The notes beneath the pieces are model-generated. The model had not been told where the DNA came from. It did not search any database and worked only from the letters and a program-made list of their open reading frames with translations. A program made the position numbers and the translations under genes. DNA of 64,000 bases, taken from positions 7,319 to 71,318 of the forward strand of contig CAMTWI010000003.1 of assembly GCA_947085505.1 (NCBI GenBank), read 5' to 3'. Numbering within the stretch: the stretch's first letter is position 1; the number at the start of each line of letters is the position of its first letter. Shown here one piece after another: positions 1 to 8,847 of the stretch. The stretch is from an uncultured bacterium (GTDB lineage: Bacteria > Patescibacteriota > Minisyncoccia > Phycocordibacterales > Phycocordibacteraceae).

Positions 1-76
1 GCGGACTAAGTCTCTTCCTAATAGCTTGGCAAACGTATATGTCCAAGAAAGTCCGAGGGGTGAAGCTTTAGAAAGT

Positions 77-1027
77 TTAGTTAAAGAATCTCATTGCCTT
101 CACAAAGACAGAGTCGATAAGCAGACGAAGCTCCATCGTCCAGCTCATGCCAAGCGGAACTGGCAGTGTCTGTGCTTCTAACCGGGAAACACCAGCAAGT
201 TCGATTGGTACAGATGTATCTAGAAAGAATGCGGGTGGTTCAAACGAGGTAGTAGTCGCAACTGTCGACGTAGAGGTCGATGCATTTTGTATCGAGGAAA
301 CTATTGGTGATATCAATCGCGATACTTCCTTCTCAAGCGCGTCTGATGGACGAGTGGAAGTTGCCGCGAGTGTGGTTGTCGCCAGCGAAGTAGACTTCTG
401 TGGAACCGGGGTCGTCGTGACCGGAGTCGACACCACCGGAGCCTTTGCTACCGTTGATACTGGTTTCACTGCAACCTTCGGCACGTCCTTCGTCGGTGTT
501 GCCTGCTGCGGGTAGGGCGCCGCAAAAATCTGTACCGTAAAGGTAGCGTTCTTTCCCTTGTAGGTTCCGTTAGCAACACCAATACCCACTTCGGTGAAAT
601 CAGTGCGAAGAATATTCGCTCGGTGTCCGGGAGATCCCATGAACGCATCAACAACCTGTTCGGCATCCGTACGATTCACGACGAGGTTCTCGCCGATGAT
701 GAGATATTTGTACCCTGCCTTCCCTACCCAGTGCATGGGCGTAATGCCGTCAGGCGACACGTGCGCATAGTAGCCATTTGCGGCCATATCCTGTGCTTTC
801 ATTTGAGCGGCCTCGTCGAGAAGACTGTTGCGCTGAAGCACAGGAATATCCTTCTCACTGCGTTCTTTGTTCGTAAGTATCGCAACGTCTGCTGCACTCA
901 CCGCAGCCGGATTGTGTGGAGACTCAAGAAGCGGCGCCGATATAACAGCAAGTGTAACAACACCTCCAACGAGCACGAAAAGTCCCGCAAACGGAATGAG
1001 ATTCTTCCCTAGATCAGGCTGGTGCAT
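77..1027 (-). CDS. CAP/SCP-domain membrane-anchored protein with Thr/Ser/Pro-rich C-terminal region
   Basis: N-terminal TM; LTNKER..AAQMKAQDMA..YYAH..GENL..MGSPGHRANIL..EVGIG CAP motifs; start moved to ATG 1027. Confidence 0.85.
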   Translation of the reverse strand: MHQPDLGKNLIPFAGLFVLVGGVVTLAVISAPLLESPHNPAAVSAADVAILTNKERSEKDIPVLQRNSLLDEAAQMKAQDMAANGYYAHVSPDGITPMHWVGKAGYKYLIIGENLVVNRTDAEQVVDAFMGSPGHRANILRTDFTEVGIGVANGTYKGKNATFTVQIFAAPYPQQATPTKDVPKVAVKPVSTVAKAPVVSTPVTTTPVPQKSTSLATTTLAATSTRPSDALEKEVSRLISPIVSSIQNASTSTSTVATTTSFEPPAFFLDTSVPIELAGVSRLEAQTLPVPLGMSWTMELRLLIDSVFVKAMRFFN

Positions 1028-1069
1028 GATAGTTGTATAATACAACAGAATATATAAATTGCAACACGT

Positions 1070-2365
1070 TTAGTGCACTACTCCCAGGTGCGGAATATCG
1101 AGCGATTTCTTTCCGTCTTTGCTTGCAGGAACAAATCCACGTACAACCTTCGTTCGATATTTTGCACCAGAACCTGCAAGGGCTTCCATACTCGAACCAA
1201 GATATATGGTATTACGTCCATACCTTTGATTAACCAAGTCCTGTGCACGAAACACTCCCTCCTTCTCCTGACTCTGTGCGTACGCACCAAAGAGATCAGG
1301 AGTAACTGCATCCTCCACTCGAAGACACCGAAGTGTCACCCCGGACGCACGATACAAAATTCCTTCTGCGTACACTTCATCGAAGCGTTTACGAATAGCC
1401 CTTAGCATTTCCGGCGGCGCGTCATACGCTGCAGGTAAATCGAGCTGTACGCCGTGATACGTAAACTCCTGCGTCTTCAGATAAAAACTAAGGGCACTTG
1501 CTTTCATGCCCGCACGCCGTACCTTCGCACATGCGCCTTCAACATTCTTCGAAAGCTGCGAGAAAATAAAATCCTTATCTGTAGAAGGCGGCGTAAAGGT
1601 GCGTGTCACCATAACCGACTGTGGTTTCGCATGCGCACCTGTAGAAAGAGTAATTGCAGGATACCCCTGAAGCTCGAGCCACGTATCGCGTACGGGTTTT
1701 GCAAACCCGTGTTCCTTGAGCCAAGCATCTGACTTCTGTATATAGTCGAGTGCGGTTATAACGCCGAGCCCTCGCAAGCGCGTGGAGAGCGCACCGCCAA
1801 GTCCCCAGATATCGTAAATCTCAGTGTCGGCGAGCACTCGTTCGATGTCTTTTTTCGGAAGCGCCGTAAAGCCGGCGGGCTTGTTCCTTTTCGATGCGAC
1901 CTTAGCAAGCGTCTTTGACGGCGCGAGTCCCACACCAAACGTAATCCCGAGACTTAGCTCGAGCTTCGCTTTTATCGCTTCCGCGATCTCTTCGTAGGAT
2001 TGTCCGCGACTCTCGTTCAATCCTGTGATGTCTGCGAAACATTCGTCGATACTGTACTCCTCAACCTTCGTCGTGAAGGTCTTCGCGATTGCATACATCC
2101 GCTTCGCATAGATTGAGTACGCGGTATAGTCTCCGACGAGCACGATGACACTCGGACACACTCTCCGTATCTCTTGCATGGGCATACCGCGATGCGCACC
2201 GAGCATCTTCGCTTCCTTTGAAAGCGACGTAACCGCCCCACGCTCTCCTCCCGTGACGACCGGCTTCCCACGAAGTCTATAATCCTTCGCCTGCTCAACC
2301 GACGCGAAGAACGAATCACCATCGAAATGCACAATCGCCCGAGGATACGAGCCCGACTGGTCCAT
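1070..2365 (-). CDS. dinB: Y-family DNA polymerase (Pol IV/UmuC-like)
   Basis: HFDGDSFFASVEQ, YSIDECFAD, SKTLAKVAS, DIWGLG motifs; TPDLF clamp-binding-like motif; ATG 1 nt after the lexA stop. Confidence 0.92.
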   Translation of the reverse strand: MDQSGSYPRAIVHFDGDSFFASVEQAKDYRLRGKPVVTGGERGAVTSLSKEAKMLGAHRGMPMQEIRRVCPSVIVLVGDYTAYSIYAKRMYAIAKTFTTKVEEYSIDECFADITGLNESRGQSYEEIAEAIKAKLELSLGITFGVGLAPSKTLAKVASKRNKPAGFTALPKKDIERVLADTEIYDIWGLGGALSTRLRGLGVITALDYIQKSDAWLKEHGFAKPVRDTWLELQGYPAITLSTGAHAKPQSVMVTRTFTPPSTDKDFIFSQLSKNVEGACAKVRRAGMKASALSFYLKTQEFTYHGVQLDLPAAYDAPPEMLRAIRKRFDEVYAEGILYRASGVTLRCLRVEDAVTPDLFGAYAQSQEKEGVFRAQDLVNQRYGRNTIYLGSSMEALAGSGAKYRTKVVRGFVPASKDGKKSLDIPHLGVVH

Positions 2366-2366
2366 A

Positions 2367-2951
2367 TTATTTATAGGTACGGAACGTGGACGAAACCTTC
2401 CCCACAATCTCTCCTTCCTTGGGATAGATATCGGGATACCGATCGTTCGCTGCTTCAAGATAAAACGCTTTCCCTTTCTTCCGAAGATACTTCAACGTGT
2501 AGCCATCCTCCGTGAGCGCAACAACGATGTCGCCTGGCCTGTAGTCCTGGGTGCGCTCGAAGATAACCATGTCTCCACTCTGGATCCCAGCATCCTCCAT
2601 AGAGTCTCCTTCTACCGTTAACAGATAGCTCGCGTTCGGGTTCCCGACCAAATACTCCCCAATCGAAACAGTGTCAGCTAGCTCTTCCTCCGCAGGCGCG
2701 GCGAACCCTGCGCGCACATGCCCGAGCAAAGGAATCGAGAAGAGGCCTGCTGCGGGTATGAGCTTTCCGGTCTTATCCTTTGTTACATATCCCTCTTCAA
2801 TCAACCGACTCGAGACATAGAACGCAGAGCTGCGACTTGAAAGCTTAAAAAGCGTAAGCATCTCGGTAATGCTCGGCATGCGCCGGTTCTTCCTATAAAA
2901 GGAGAGGAGTTTCTCACGTCTCTGAAGGAGTGATTCCCTACCGTTATTCAT
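2367..2951 (-). CDS. lexA: LexA repressor (wHTH + S24 peptidase)
   Basis: RMPSITEM HTH, VRAG(F) Ala-Gly cleavage site, VEGDSM catalytic Ser, TLK catalytic Lys. Confidence 0.88.
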   Translation of the reverse strand: MNNGRESLLQRREKLLSFYRKNRRMPSITEMLTLFKLSSRSSAFYVSSRLIEEGYVTKDKTGKLIPAAGLFSIPLLGHVRAGFAAPAEEELADTVSIGEYLVGNPNASYLLTVEGDSMEDAGIQSGDMVIFERTQDYRPGDIVVALTEDGYTLKYLRKKGKAFYLEAANDRYPDIYPKEGEIVGKVSSTFRTYK

Positions 2952-2957
2952 CCCTGC

Positions 2958-2986
2958 AGTGTATTCGAACAAACGTTCGAATACAA
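2958..2986 (-). promoter_or_regulatory. sigma70 promoter of lexA-dinB with SOS box in the spacer
   Basis: TTGTAT-17 nt-TACACT-6 nt-ATG; palindrome TGTATTCGAAC-AAAC-GTTCGAATACA (2960-2985). Confidence 0.85.
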
Positions 2987-2995
2987 GAGAATCCC

Positions 2996-3625
2996 CTATG
3001 TAAATATCTCCCGCATCATCTCCTCGCCCAGTACTTCAAGAAGAGCTATGGCCTCTGGCTGATCGCTCCCGTATCCGTTTGCGACCTTCTCGTGCTGGTG
3101 CTTGAGGAACTCATTTGCACTCGCAACATCGTGCCCTTGCTTCAAGAACGTCGCTCCTTTATTGAGTGCATTCGTTATCTTCGGAAGCGCCTTGTCCACA
3201 ACTTTAACGAATCTAGCTTCGGGCGTATCTCGCCGCTCATACGCGTCGATTGTCTCGCCAAGCCAGGGCAACTCTGCATCGAACTCTGTACGGAGGCGCA
3301 AGAGTGCTTCTGCTTCACGCTCTTCCTTGCTCGTGTGATCTGCGTCAGAAAGAATGCGCGCCGTGGGCGTATCTCCCGCGTACACTTCCACGAAATCATG
3401 GACGAGTGCGAACTCGGCTATCCGTCCACGATCGAGTGTGGGTGCGAAGCGCTCCGCAAACGCACACGCAACGAGCCCAAGCATAACGGTGTGGTCCGTG
3501 TCAGACTCAGGAGTCACTCCATCCGGGTGGCACGTGATCCGGTTCACTCTCCCAAACGCGAGCGAAAGTTCTCCCAAATCAACGATTGCCTGAATGGCTT
3601 CTTTGGTGAGCTCAGGCTTCTGCAT
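2996..3625 (-). CDS. HD-domain phosphohydrolase (YfbR/HDDC2-like 5'-deoxynucleotidase family)
   Basis: R..ESDTDHT..ALVHDFVEVYAGD..EARFVKVVDK. Confidence 0.85.
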   Translation of the reverse strand: MQKPELTKEAIQAIVDLGELSLAFGRVNRITCHPDGVTPESDTDHTVMLGLVACAFAERFAPTLDRGRIAEFALVHDFVEVYAGDTPTARILSDADHTSKEEREAEALLRLRTEFDAELPWLGETIDAYERRDTPEARFVKVVDKALPKITNALNKGATFLKQGHDVASANEFLKHQHEKVANGYGSDQPEAIALLEVLGEEMMREIFT

Positions 3626-3629
3626 AAAA

Positions 3630-4259
3630 CTAAATACCAACCAAGAATCTAAACACTGAACGGATCAACATACCGAATGGCGCTGCCAGGAAGTACGCGA
3701 AGAACAAGAGAATCAAGACGAGCGAAAGAATACCACCAGCCTGTATACGATCCTCTATCTCACGCATCTTCATCGACGCCTTAAACGGCAGGATGCCGCG
3801 AAGAACCGTAAAGCCATCGAGCGGCGGGATCGGAAGAAGATTGAAAATACCCAGAAAAAGATTCACGAGCGTCACCAATGACGCGAGCGTTCCAAACTCA
3901 ACCATGCCCGCACCAAACGCGAACCGCGCAATAAGTGCAAAGAGCACGGCGATGAAGAGATTCACCGCAACGCCAGCAACCCCCACAATCGCCTCGCCCC
4001 ATCGCTGATTCTTTAGGTTGTATGGGTTATATGGTACCGGCTTCGCCCAACCAAAGAGAAAGCTGGAATTTGTGAGCACAAGGATCGCAGGAACCAGGAC
4101 AGAACCCAACGGATCAATGTGTCGAAGAGGATTCAAGGACAAACGACCCTGCAATTTGGCTGTAGGGTCGCCAAGCGCGTTCGCCGCCCATCCATGAGCC
4201 ACCTCGTGAATAACCACGGAAATAACAAGGACAATAACGGTAAAAATAATGGTTTCCAT
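3630..4259 (-). CDS. Site-2 protease, peptidase M50
   Basis: HEVAH, GDPTAK..GRLSLNPLRHIDP, FNLLPIPPLDG. Confidence 0.93.
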   Translation of the reverse strand: METIIFTVIVLVISVVIHEVAHGWAANALGDPTAKLQGRLSLNPLRHIDPLGSVLVPAILVLTNSSFLFGWAKPVPYNPYNLKNQRWGEAIVGVAGVAVNLFIAVLFALIARFAFGAGMVEFGTLASLVTLVNLFLGIFNLLPIPPLDGFTVLRGILPFKASMKMREIEDRIQAGGILSLVLILLFFAYFLAAPFGMLIRSVFRFLVGI

Positions 4260-4305
4260 GCAGGCGTTGCCTAACTACGTGCCCGTATGCTAGCATGCGG
4301 GGACT

Positions 4306-4557
4306 ATGGCACGCGAATGCGCAGTAACCGGAAAGACAACCCAGATTGGTGGGCGGTACTCTAACCGTACCCGTGCAACCCAGTTCAACCCAACTGGAAA
4401 GGTACGCCGCCAGGCAAACCTCCATAAGCGCCGCATCTTCGTAGCGGAACTCGGCAAAATGCTCCTCGTCGACATCAGCGTCAAGGGCATGCGCCACATC
4501 AAGAAGAACGGCGCCTTCGCCACTCTGAAGAAAGCAGGCATCATCAAGATTAAGTAG
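4306..4557 (+). CDS. rpmB: 50S ribosomal protein L28
   Basis: MARECAVTGK..YSN..QANL basic protein. Confidence 0.9.
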   Translation: MARECAVTGKTTQIGGRYSNRTRATQFNPTGKVRRQANLHKRRIFVAELGKMLLVDISVKGMRHIKKNGAFATLKKAGIIKIK

Positions 4558-4561
4558 GAAC

Positions 4562-4588
4562 GAGCCGGAAATACCGGCTTTTTTCTTT
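4562..4588 (+). terminator. Rho-independent terminator after rpmB
   Basis: AGCCGG-AAATA-CCGGCT followed by T-run. Confidence 0.75.
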
Positions 4589-4634
4589 TATATAAAGTAG
4601 AACCCGCCCTTTTTAGGGGGCGGGGCTCCTTTGT

Positions 4635-4883
4635 TCAGGCGTTCGCGTTTGGTGGCGGGAAGACCTGACGGTCTTCGCACATAATACGTTCGCCATCTAT
4701 GCTCCGGAACGACTCGAGTGTAATTTGAGCAATTCCGAAATGTTCAGCAAAGCGTGCAAGCGCTTCACTGTCGGTAGACTCGTAGAGGGTGAGTATCGAA
4801 CGGCCAAAGAATTGGTATTGGTTTTTTAGTTCGATAGTAGAACTCAACTCCTCCTTACCTAAGGTACTGCTACACTGGGGCAC
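4635..4883 (-). CDS. Small hypothetical protein (ORFan)
   Basis: GTG start with AGGAG SD; fills the gap; own hairpin terminator. Confidence 0.45.
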   Translation of the reverse strand: MPQCSSTLGKEELSSTIELKNQYQFFGRSILTLYESTDSEALARFAEHFGIAQITLESFRSIDGERIMCEDRQVFPPPNANA

Positions 4884-4962
4884 CGCCCACTCCTCTTCTG
4901 GTTACTGGTTGGCACGCCCCACAGCAAGTAAACGCCTCTTCATCTAACTGGTCAACCTATGG

Positions 4963-5826
4963 CTATTTCTGCACGACAGCCTTCCCGTCGCTCACAAACG
5001 TAATTGTCCCGAATTCTATAGTCGAAACTAGCATTGCACCTGACTCACGTATACGCGCAACCACGTCTTCGTGCGGATGCCCATACGAGTTATCTCTTCC
5101 GGCTGACACCACCACAATCGATGGATCGACCGCCGCAAGAAACGTCGGGCTGGTTGAGGTCTTCGAACCGTGATGCCCGGCCTTGAGCACATCACTGGCG
5201 ATCACGCCTCCATACCTAGCAACAATCCGGTCCTCCACCCACGCAGACGCATCTCCGGTGAGCATAAATTCAGTATCTCCATACACCACCCGCATCACAA
5301 TTGATGCGTCATTGGTCTCGCGTAATTGAGCGACGTTATCTTCAGGATGCAGGATATCTGCATACGCACCTCCACCAAGATGTATGCGCATACCGTTACG
5401 CAGCACTCCTTTCTGAATTCCCAGCTCTCTATCAACTGAGACTTCGAGGCTTTCATACAGACTGGTGTCCCCTTCCCTACCAGGCTCAAAGAATCGCGTG
5501 ACTCTGTAGCGATCAAATACTCCCGGCAATCCGCCAATATGATCGGCATCAGGATGCGTTGCCACAACAATGTCGATGCTTCTATCAAGCGGACCCATGA
5601 GGCGCGGAAGCTCCCGCAATACCGAACGATCCTTTCCGCCGTCAATAAGCATCTCGATGCCAGTTGGTCCTTCAATGAGAATCGCATCTCCCTGTCCCAC
5701 ATCGAGGAATGAGACCGTGAGCTCATGCGACACTGGTCTTGTGAGATACCCAAATACAGCAATGTTAGAGAGTACGAGCACAAGAAGCGTGAGGATAAGC
5801 GCGGGATTCGGGATCCTGGTCTTCAT
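4963..5826 (-). CDS. ComEC-type metallo-beta-lactamase domain protein (stand-alone)
   Basis: FLDVGQGD, THPDADHIGG, LTGD, LKAGHHGS, NSYGHPH. Confidence 0.92.
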   Translation of the reverse strand: MKTRIPNPALILTLLVLVLSNIAVFGYLTRPVSHELTVSFLDVGQGDAILIEGPTGIEMLIDGGKDRSVLRELPRLMGPLDRSIDIVVATHPDADHIGGLPGVFDRYRVTRFFEPGREGDTSLYESLEVSVDRELGIQKGVLRNGMRIHLGGGAYADILHPEDNVAQLRETNDASIVMRVVYGDTEFMLTGDASAWVEDRIVARYGGVIASDVLKAGHHGSKTSTSPTFLAAVDPSIVVVSAGRDNSYGHPHEDVVARIRESGAMLVSTIEFGTITFVSDGKAVVQK

Positions 5827-5881
5827 ATCCTCATAATGGCACGTACGCGATATACTGCTCGCACATCTAACCCGCAATCCT

Positions 5882-6463
5882 ATGTCCTACACCGCCCGCA
5901 CGTTTGCACTTCCTGAACTGAAAGGTCTCTCGCCTGATCAGATAGCCGTACACCTCGCACTCTATGAGGGCTACGTAAAACACACGAATCTTATTCTCGA
6001 CACGATACAAAAACTGCGTACAGAAGATGCGGACGGGAATGCATTCGTTATAAACGAACTGAGGCGTCGCCTTGGCTTTGAGTTCGACGGTATGCGCATG
6101 CATGAGTACTACTTCGAACAGTTCGAAGGCGGGGCGCAACCATCAGGTACAGCGCTACAGAAAATGGCGAGCGAGAAATATAGAAGTTGGGACGGATTCA
6201 TTACACACATAAAAGAAGTAGCTGGTACCCGCGGCATCGGCTGGGTGGTGGTGTATCACGACCCGAAAGCAGCAACACTTCACACCGCATTCGTGAACGA
6301 TCATGAGCTTGGACAGCTCGCGGGACTTCCTATCCTTCTTGCTGTTGATCTCTGGGAGCATGCCTACATGGTTGATTACAAGCCGGCGGAAAAGAAGACC
6401 TATGTCGAGGCGTTCCTTGAGAACGTAAACTGGAGCGTTGTTGAAGGAAGACTCTCTACCTAG
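5882..6463 (+). CDS. Fe/Mn superoxide dismutase family protein
   Basis: HLALYEGYV, MHEYYF, RGIGW, DLWEHAY. Confidence 0.9.
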   Translation: MSYTARTFALPELKGLSPDQIAVHLALYEGYVKHTNLILDTIQKLRTEDADGNAFVINELRRRLGFEFDGMRMHEYYFEQFEGGAQPSGTALQKMASEKYRSWDGFITHIKEVAGTRGIGWVVVYHDPKAATLHTAFVNDHELGQLAGLPILLAVDLWEHAYMVDYKPAEKKTYVEAFLENVNWSVVEGRLST

Positions 6464-6466
6464 CAG

Positions 6467-7948
6467 TTAGTGCCGAAATGCCCGTGAAGTCTCTGAGTTT
6501 GCGGGCATTTTTGCTATAACGTACCCCAACCCGACATATGAAAGCACCGTCACAAAGAACGGGAATTGTGGAATCGATACTGAAGCAAGCGAAAGACTGC
6601 TTACAAATTCCGCTAGATAAATAATGAACGAGAGAACGAAGTGAGCAGGGAGCCCCAAAAGCGGCGCAGCCCCCGGGAGAATGACGCCCATAACACCGGC
6701 AAGTGCTGAAAGTAGCATTGCAAGTGGAACGAGCGGGAGCACAAGAAGATTCGCAGGTAATGACACGAACGAAAAAAGACCCGTCTGATACAGAAGGAGC
6801 GGGAGTACCGCAATCTGTGCAGCGAGAGTAGCAGCAATCAGGTCTCGCCAGAACGGGCTTTGAACTATTGTTAAGCGTAACTCTATAATCGGTGCAAGCA
6901 GAATGAGCCCAAGCGTTGCGATAAAGGACAATTGGAATCCGGGGTCGAACGCAAGCAGAAGTGGATTCATAAGAAGCATAATCACCGCCACAACAAAGAG
7001 CGCGCGCACTACCGCATACGTTCTCCCGGTAGCGCGTGCAATGAGTCCAAGTCCTGCCATAAGCCCAGCACGAATACTTGCCGCTCCCGCTCCCGCTGCA
7101 AGCACAAAGAGTGCGATAACCACGCCCGCAAGGATTGCACTCGATCGGCGCGGCAAGAATGCGAACGTGCGCAGGACACCCTCTGCAACAATCATGACGT
7201 TATAGCCTGACAGAACAACAATGTGCACGAGTCCAGCAACAATGAATGCATCGAGAAGCGTTGTTCCGAGCCCCTGTTTCCCGCCCGTTATGAGCCCGCT
7301 TGCAAGTGATGCTCCTGGCTCTGGTATTGCTTGCGCAAGTCCTTCCTGGAATACGTGCTTTCCGTTAAGCAGGACTCTCATCACATAGGTCTCGAGATCT
7401 TCTCCGGGTCCGATTGTCTCAAGCGATGCGGACTTAACGAGCGCGAATATCGTATCCTTTGCCAAGAACTGATCGTACCTGAACGTGCGACCAGTATCCG
7501 TTTCAAATGGTTCAGGATGCTCGAGCTTCCCTCGCACTATCACCTCTGCGCCATAGGAAATCTCTGGATAGAGCGGTGCGACAGCGAGAACCCTGGCAGA
7601 ACTCCCGTCCTTCGTCACCTCAAGTCTTATACGCTGTGTAGTTTCCCGAATGTCCGGTTCCGCAATGACGGTCCCTTGAAGTTCTATCTCGCTTCCGATA
7701 AGCGGTAAGAACTCTGGCGACAAGGACGCCGGAGCAAGCATGACGCGCCCAGCACCAAGTATTGATCCGATAACGAACACAGCGCAGACGATGTAAAGAG
7801 TTCGCTGCTTTAAGAACCACGCGAGACAAAGAATGCTCACAACAACGAACATGAAAAGCAAAAATGATAGCGGCAAAAAGAAAAACGAGCGACACAAAAT
7901 GCCGCTCGCGAATCCCAACAGTCCCGCAACTAAGAGGGAGTCGCGCAT
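6467..7948 (-). CDS. comEC: ComEC/Rec2 DNA uptake channel (OB + competence domains)
   Basis: GLVHIVVLSGYNV, RAGLMA, DPGFQLSFIAT; multi-TM. Confidence 0.92.
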   Translation of the reverse strand: MRDSLLVAGLLGFASGILCRSFFFLPLSFLLFMFVVVSILCLAWFLKQRTLYIVCAVFVIGSILGAGRVMLAPASLSPEFLPLIGSEIELQGTVIAEPDIRETTQRIRLEVTKDGSSARVLAVAPLYPEISYGAEVIVRGKLEHPEPFETDTGRTFRYDQFLAKDTIFALVKSASLETIGPGEDLETYVMRVLLNGKHVFQEGLAQAIPEPGASLASGLITGGKQGLGTTLLDAFIVAGLVHIVVLSGYNVMIVAEGVLRTFAFLPRRSSAILAGVVIALFVLAAGAGAASIRAGLMAGLGLIARATGRTYAVVRALFVVAVIMLLMNPLLLAFDPGFQLSFIATLGLILLAPIIELRLTIVQSPFWRDLIAATLAAQIAVLPLLLYQTGLFSFVSLPANLLVLPLVPLAMLLSALAGVMGVILPGAAPLLGLPAHFVLSFIIYLAEFVSSLSLASVSIPQFPFFVTVLSYVGLGYVIAKMPANSETSRAFRH

Positions 7949-7951
7949 AGG

Positions 7952-8368
7952 CTACATCTCTCTATCCATCGCCTCATTCGCAAGACGGTCCGCATCCTTA
8001 TTGAAATCCCGATATACGTGCTCAAACGAAACAGACTTGAAAAGACGAACGAGTTCGCCAACTCGTTGAGCTAATGGCTTGAGGCCCGGATGCTTCAGCT
8101 TCCACTCTCCAGTCATCTGCTTCACTACAAGCATACTGTCCATACAGACCCGAACTTCCGCCTCAGATGCTTTTGACTCAAGCATCGCTGCGAGCTTCTC
8201 GAGTGCCCGGAGAACGGCGGTATACTCAGCGACGTTATTCGTTGCAACACCCAAAAACTCAGACACGGTGGCTACCGTCTCACCGGCCTCGTTTCTGATG
8301 ATTGCCCCGCTGCCAGCCGGACCGGGATTTCCACGAGACCCGCCGTCGCCATAGATAGTGAAACGCAT
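7952..8368 (-). CDS. rnhA: Ribonuclease HI family protein
   Basis: DGGSRGNPG, TNNVAEY, DSMLVVKQM, NKDADRLAN. Confidence 0.92.
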   Translation of the reverse strand: MRFTIYGDGGSRGNPGPAGSGAIIRNEAGETVATVSEFLGVATNNVAEYTAVLRALEKLAAMLESKASEAEVRVCMDSMLVVKQMTGEWKLKHPGLKPLAQRVGELVRLFKSVSFEHVYRDFNKDADRLANEAMDREM

Positions 8369-8445
8369 CGGTTGAGTATACCAATTGCAAAAGCGAAAGC
8401 CGGGGTCCCTGTTCTAGGGATTCCCGGCTCTTCTGGCTGCCCCGC

Positions 8446-8802
8446 TCAGAGCAGTTTTATTGGTCGGCTCCAGAGTCGACCATCGTTGCGCAGATGCGGA
8501 CAGGTAATGCCCTTTCGAATATCTGGATACTGCTTCGAAATACCATCCAGCACGAAAGCCTTGAGCGAAACAACGAAGGCGAGGAGAAGGGCTCGTGAAT
8601 GCCGCTCCTGCTTCGACAGTCCTTTTGCGTGCCCGACATCGTTGAGAAGTCGGGCGAGCACCATGCACTCAAGGAGTAGCCGCGGTGCCTTTTCAAGACT
8701 GAACTCATGAGGACGGGGCTCTGGAAACCCTTCCAGCATCAAATTGATCTGCTCATCCATGTCGCCAACCCACTCAGGGATTAGCTTATCTAGTGAAACC
8801 AT
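8446..8802 (-). CDS. Hypothetical protein (ORFan)
   Basis: GGGAGG SD just upstream of ATG; fills the recJ-rnhA gap. Confidence 0.5.
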   Translation of the reverse strand: MVSLDKLIPEWVGDMDEQINLMLEGFPEPRPHEFSLEKAPRLLLECMVLARLLNDVGHAKGLSKQERHSRALLLAFVVSLKAFVLDGISKQYPDIRKGITCPHLRNDGRLWSRPIKLL

Positions 8803-8847
8803 TCTTTCCTCCCACAATAAGAACAAGTAATAACCCTAGCAGAACCC

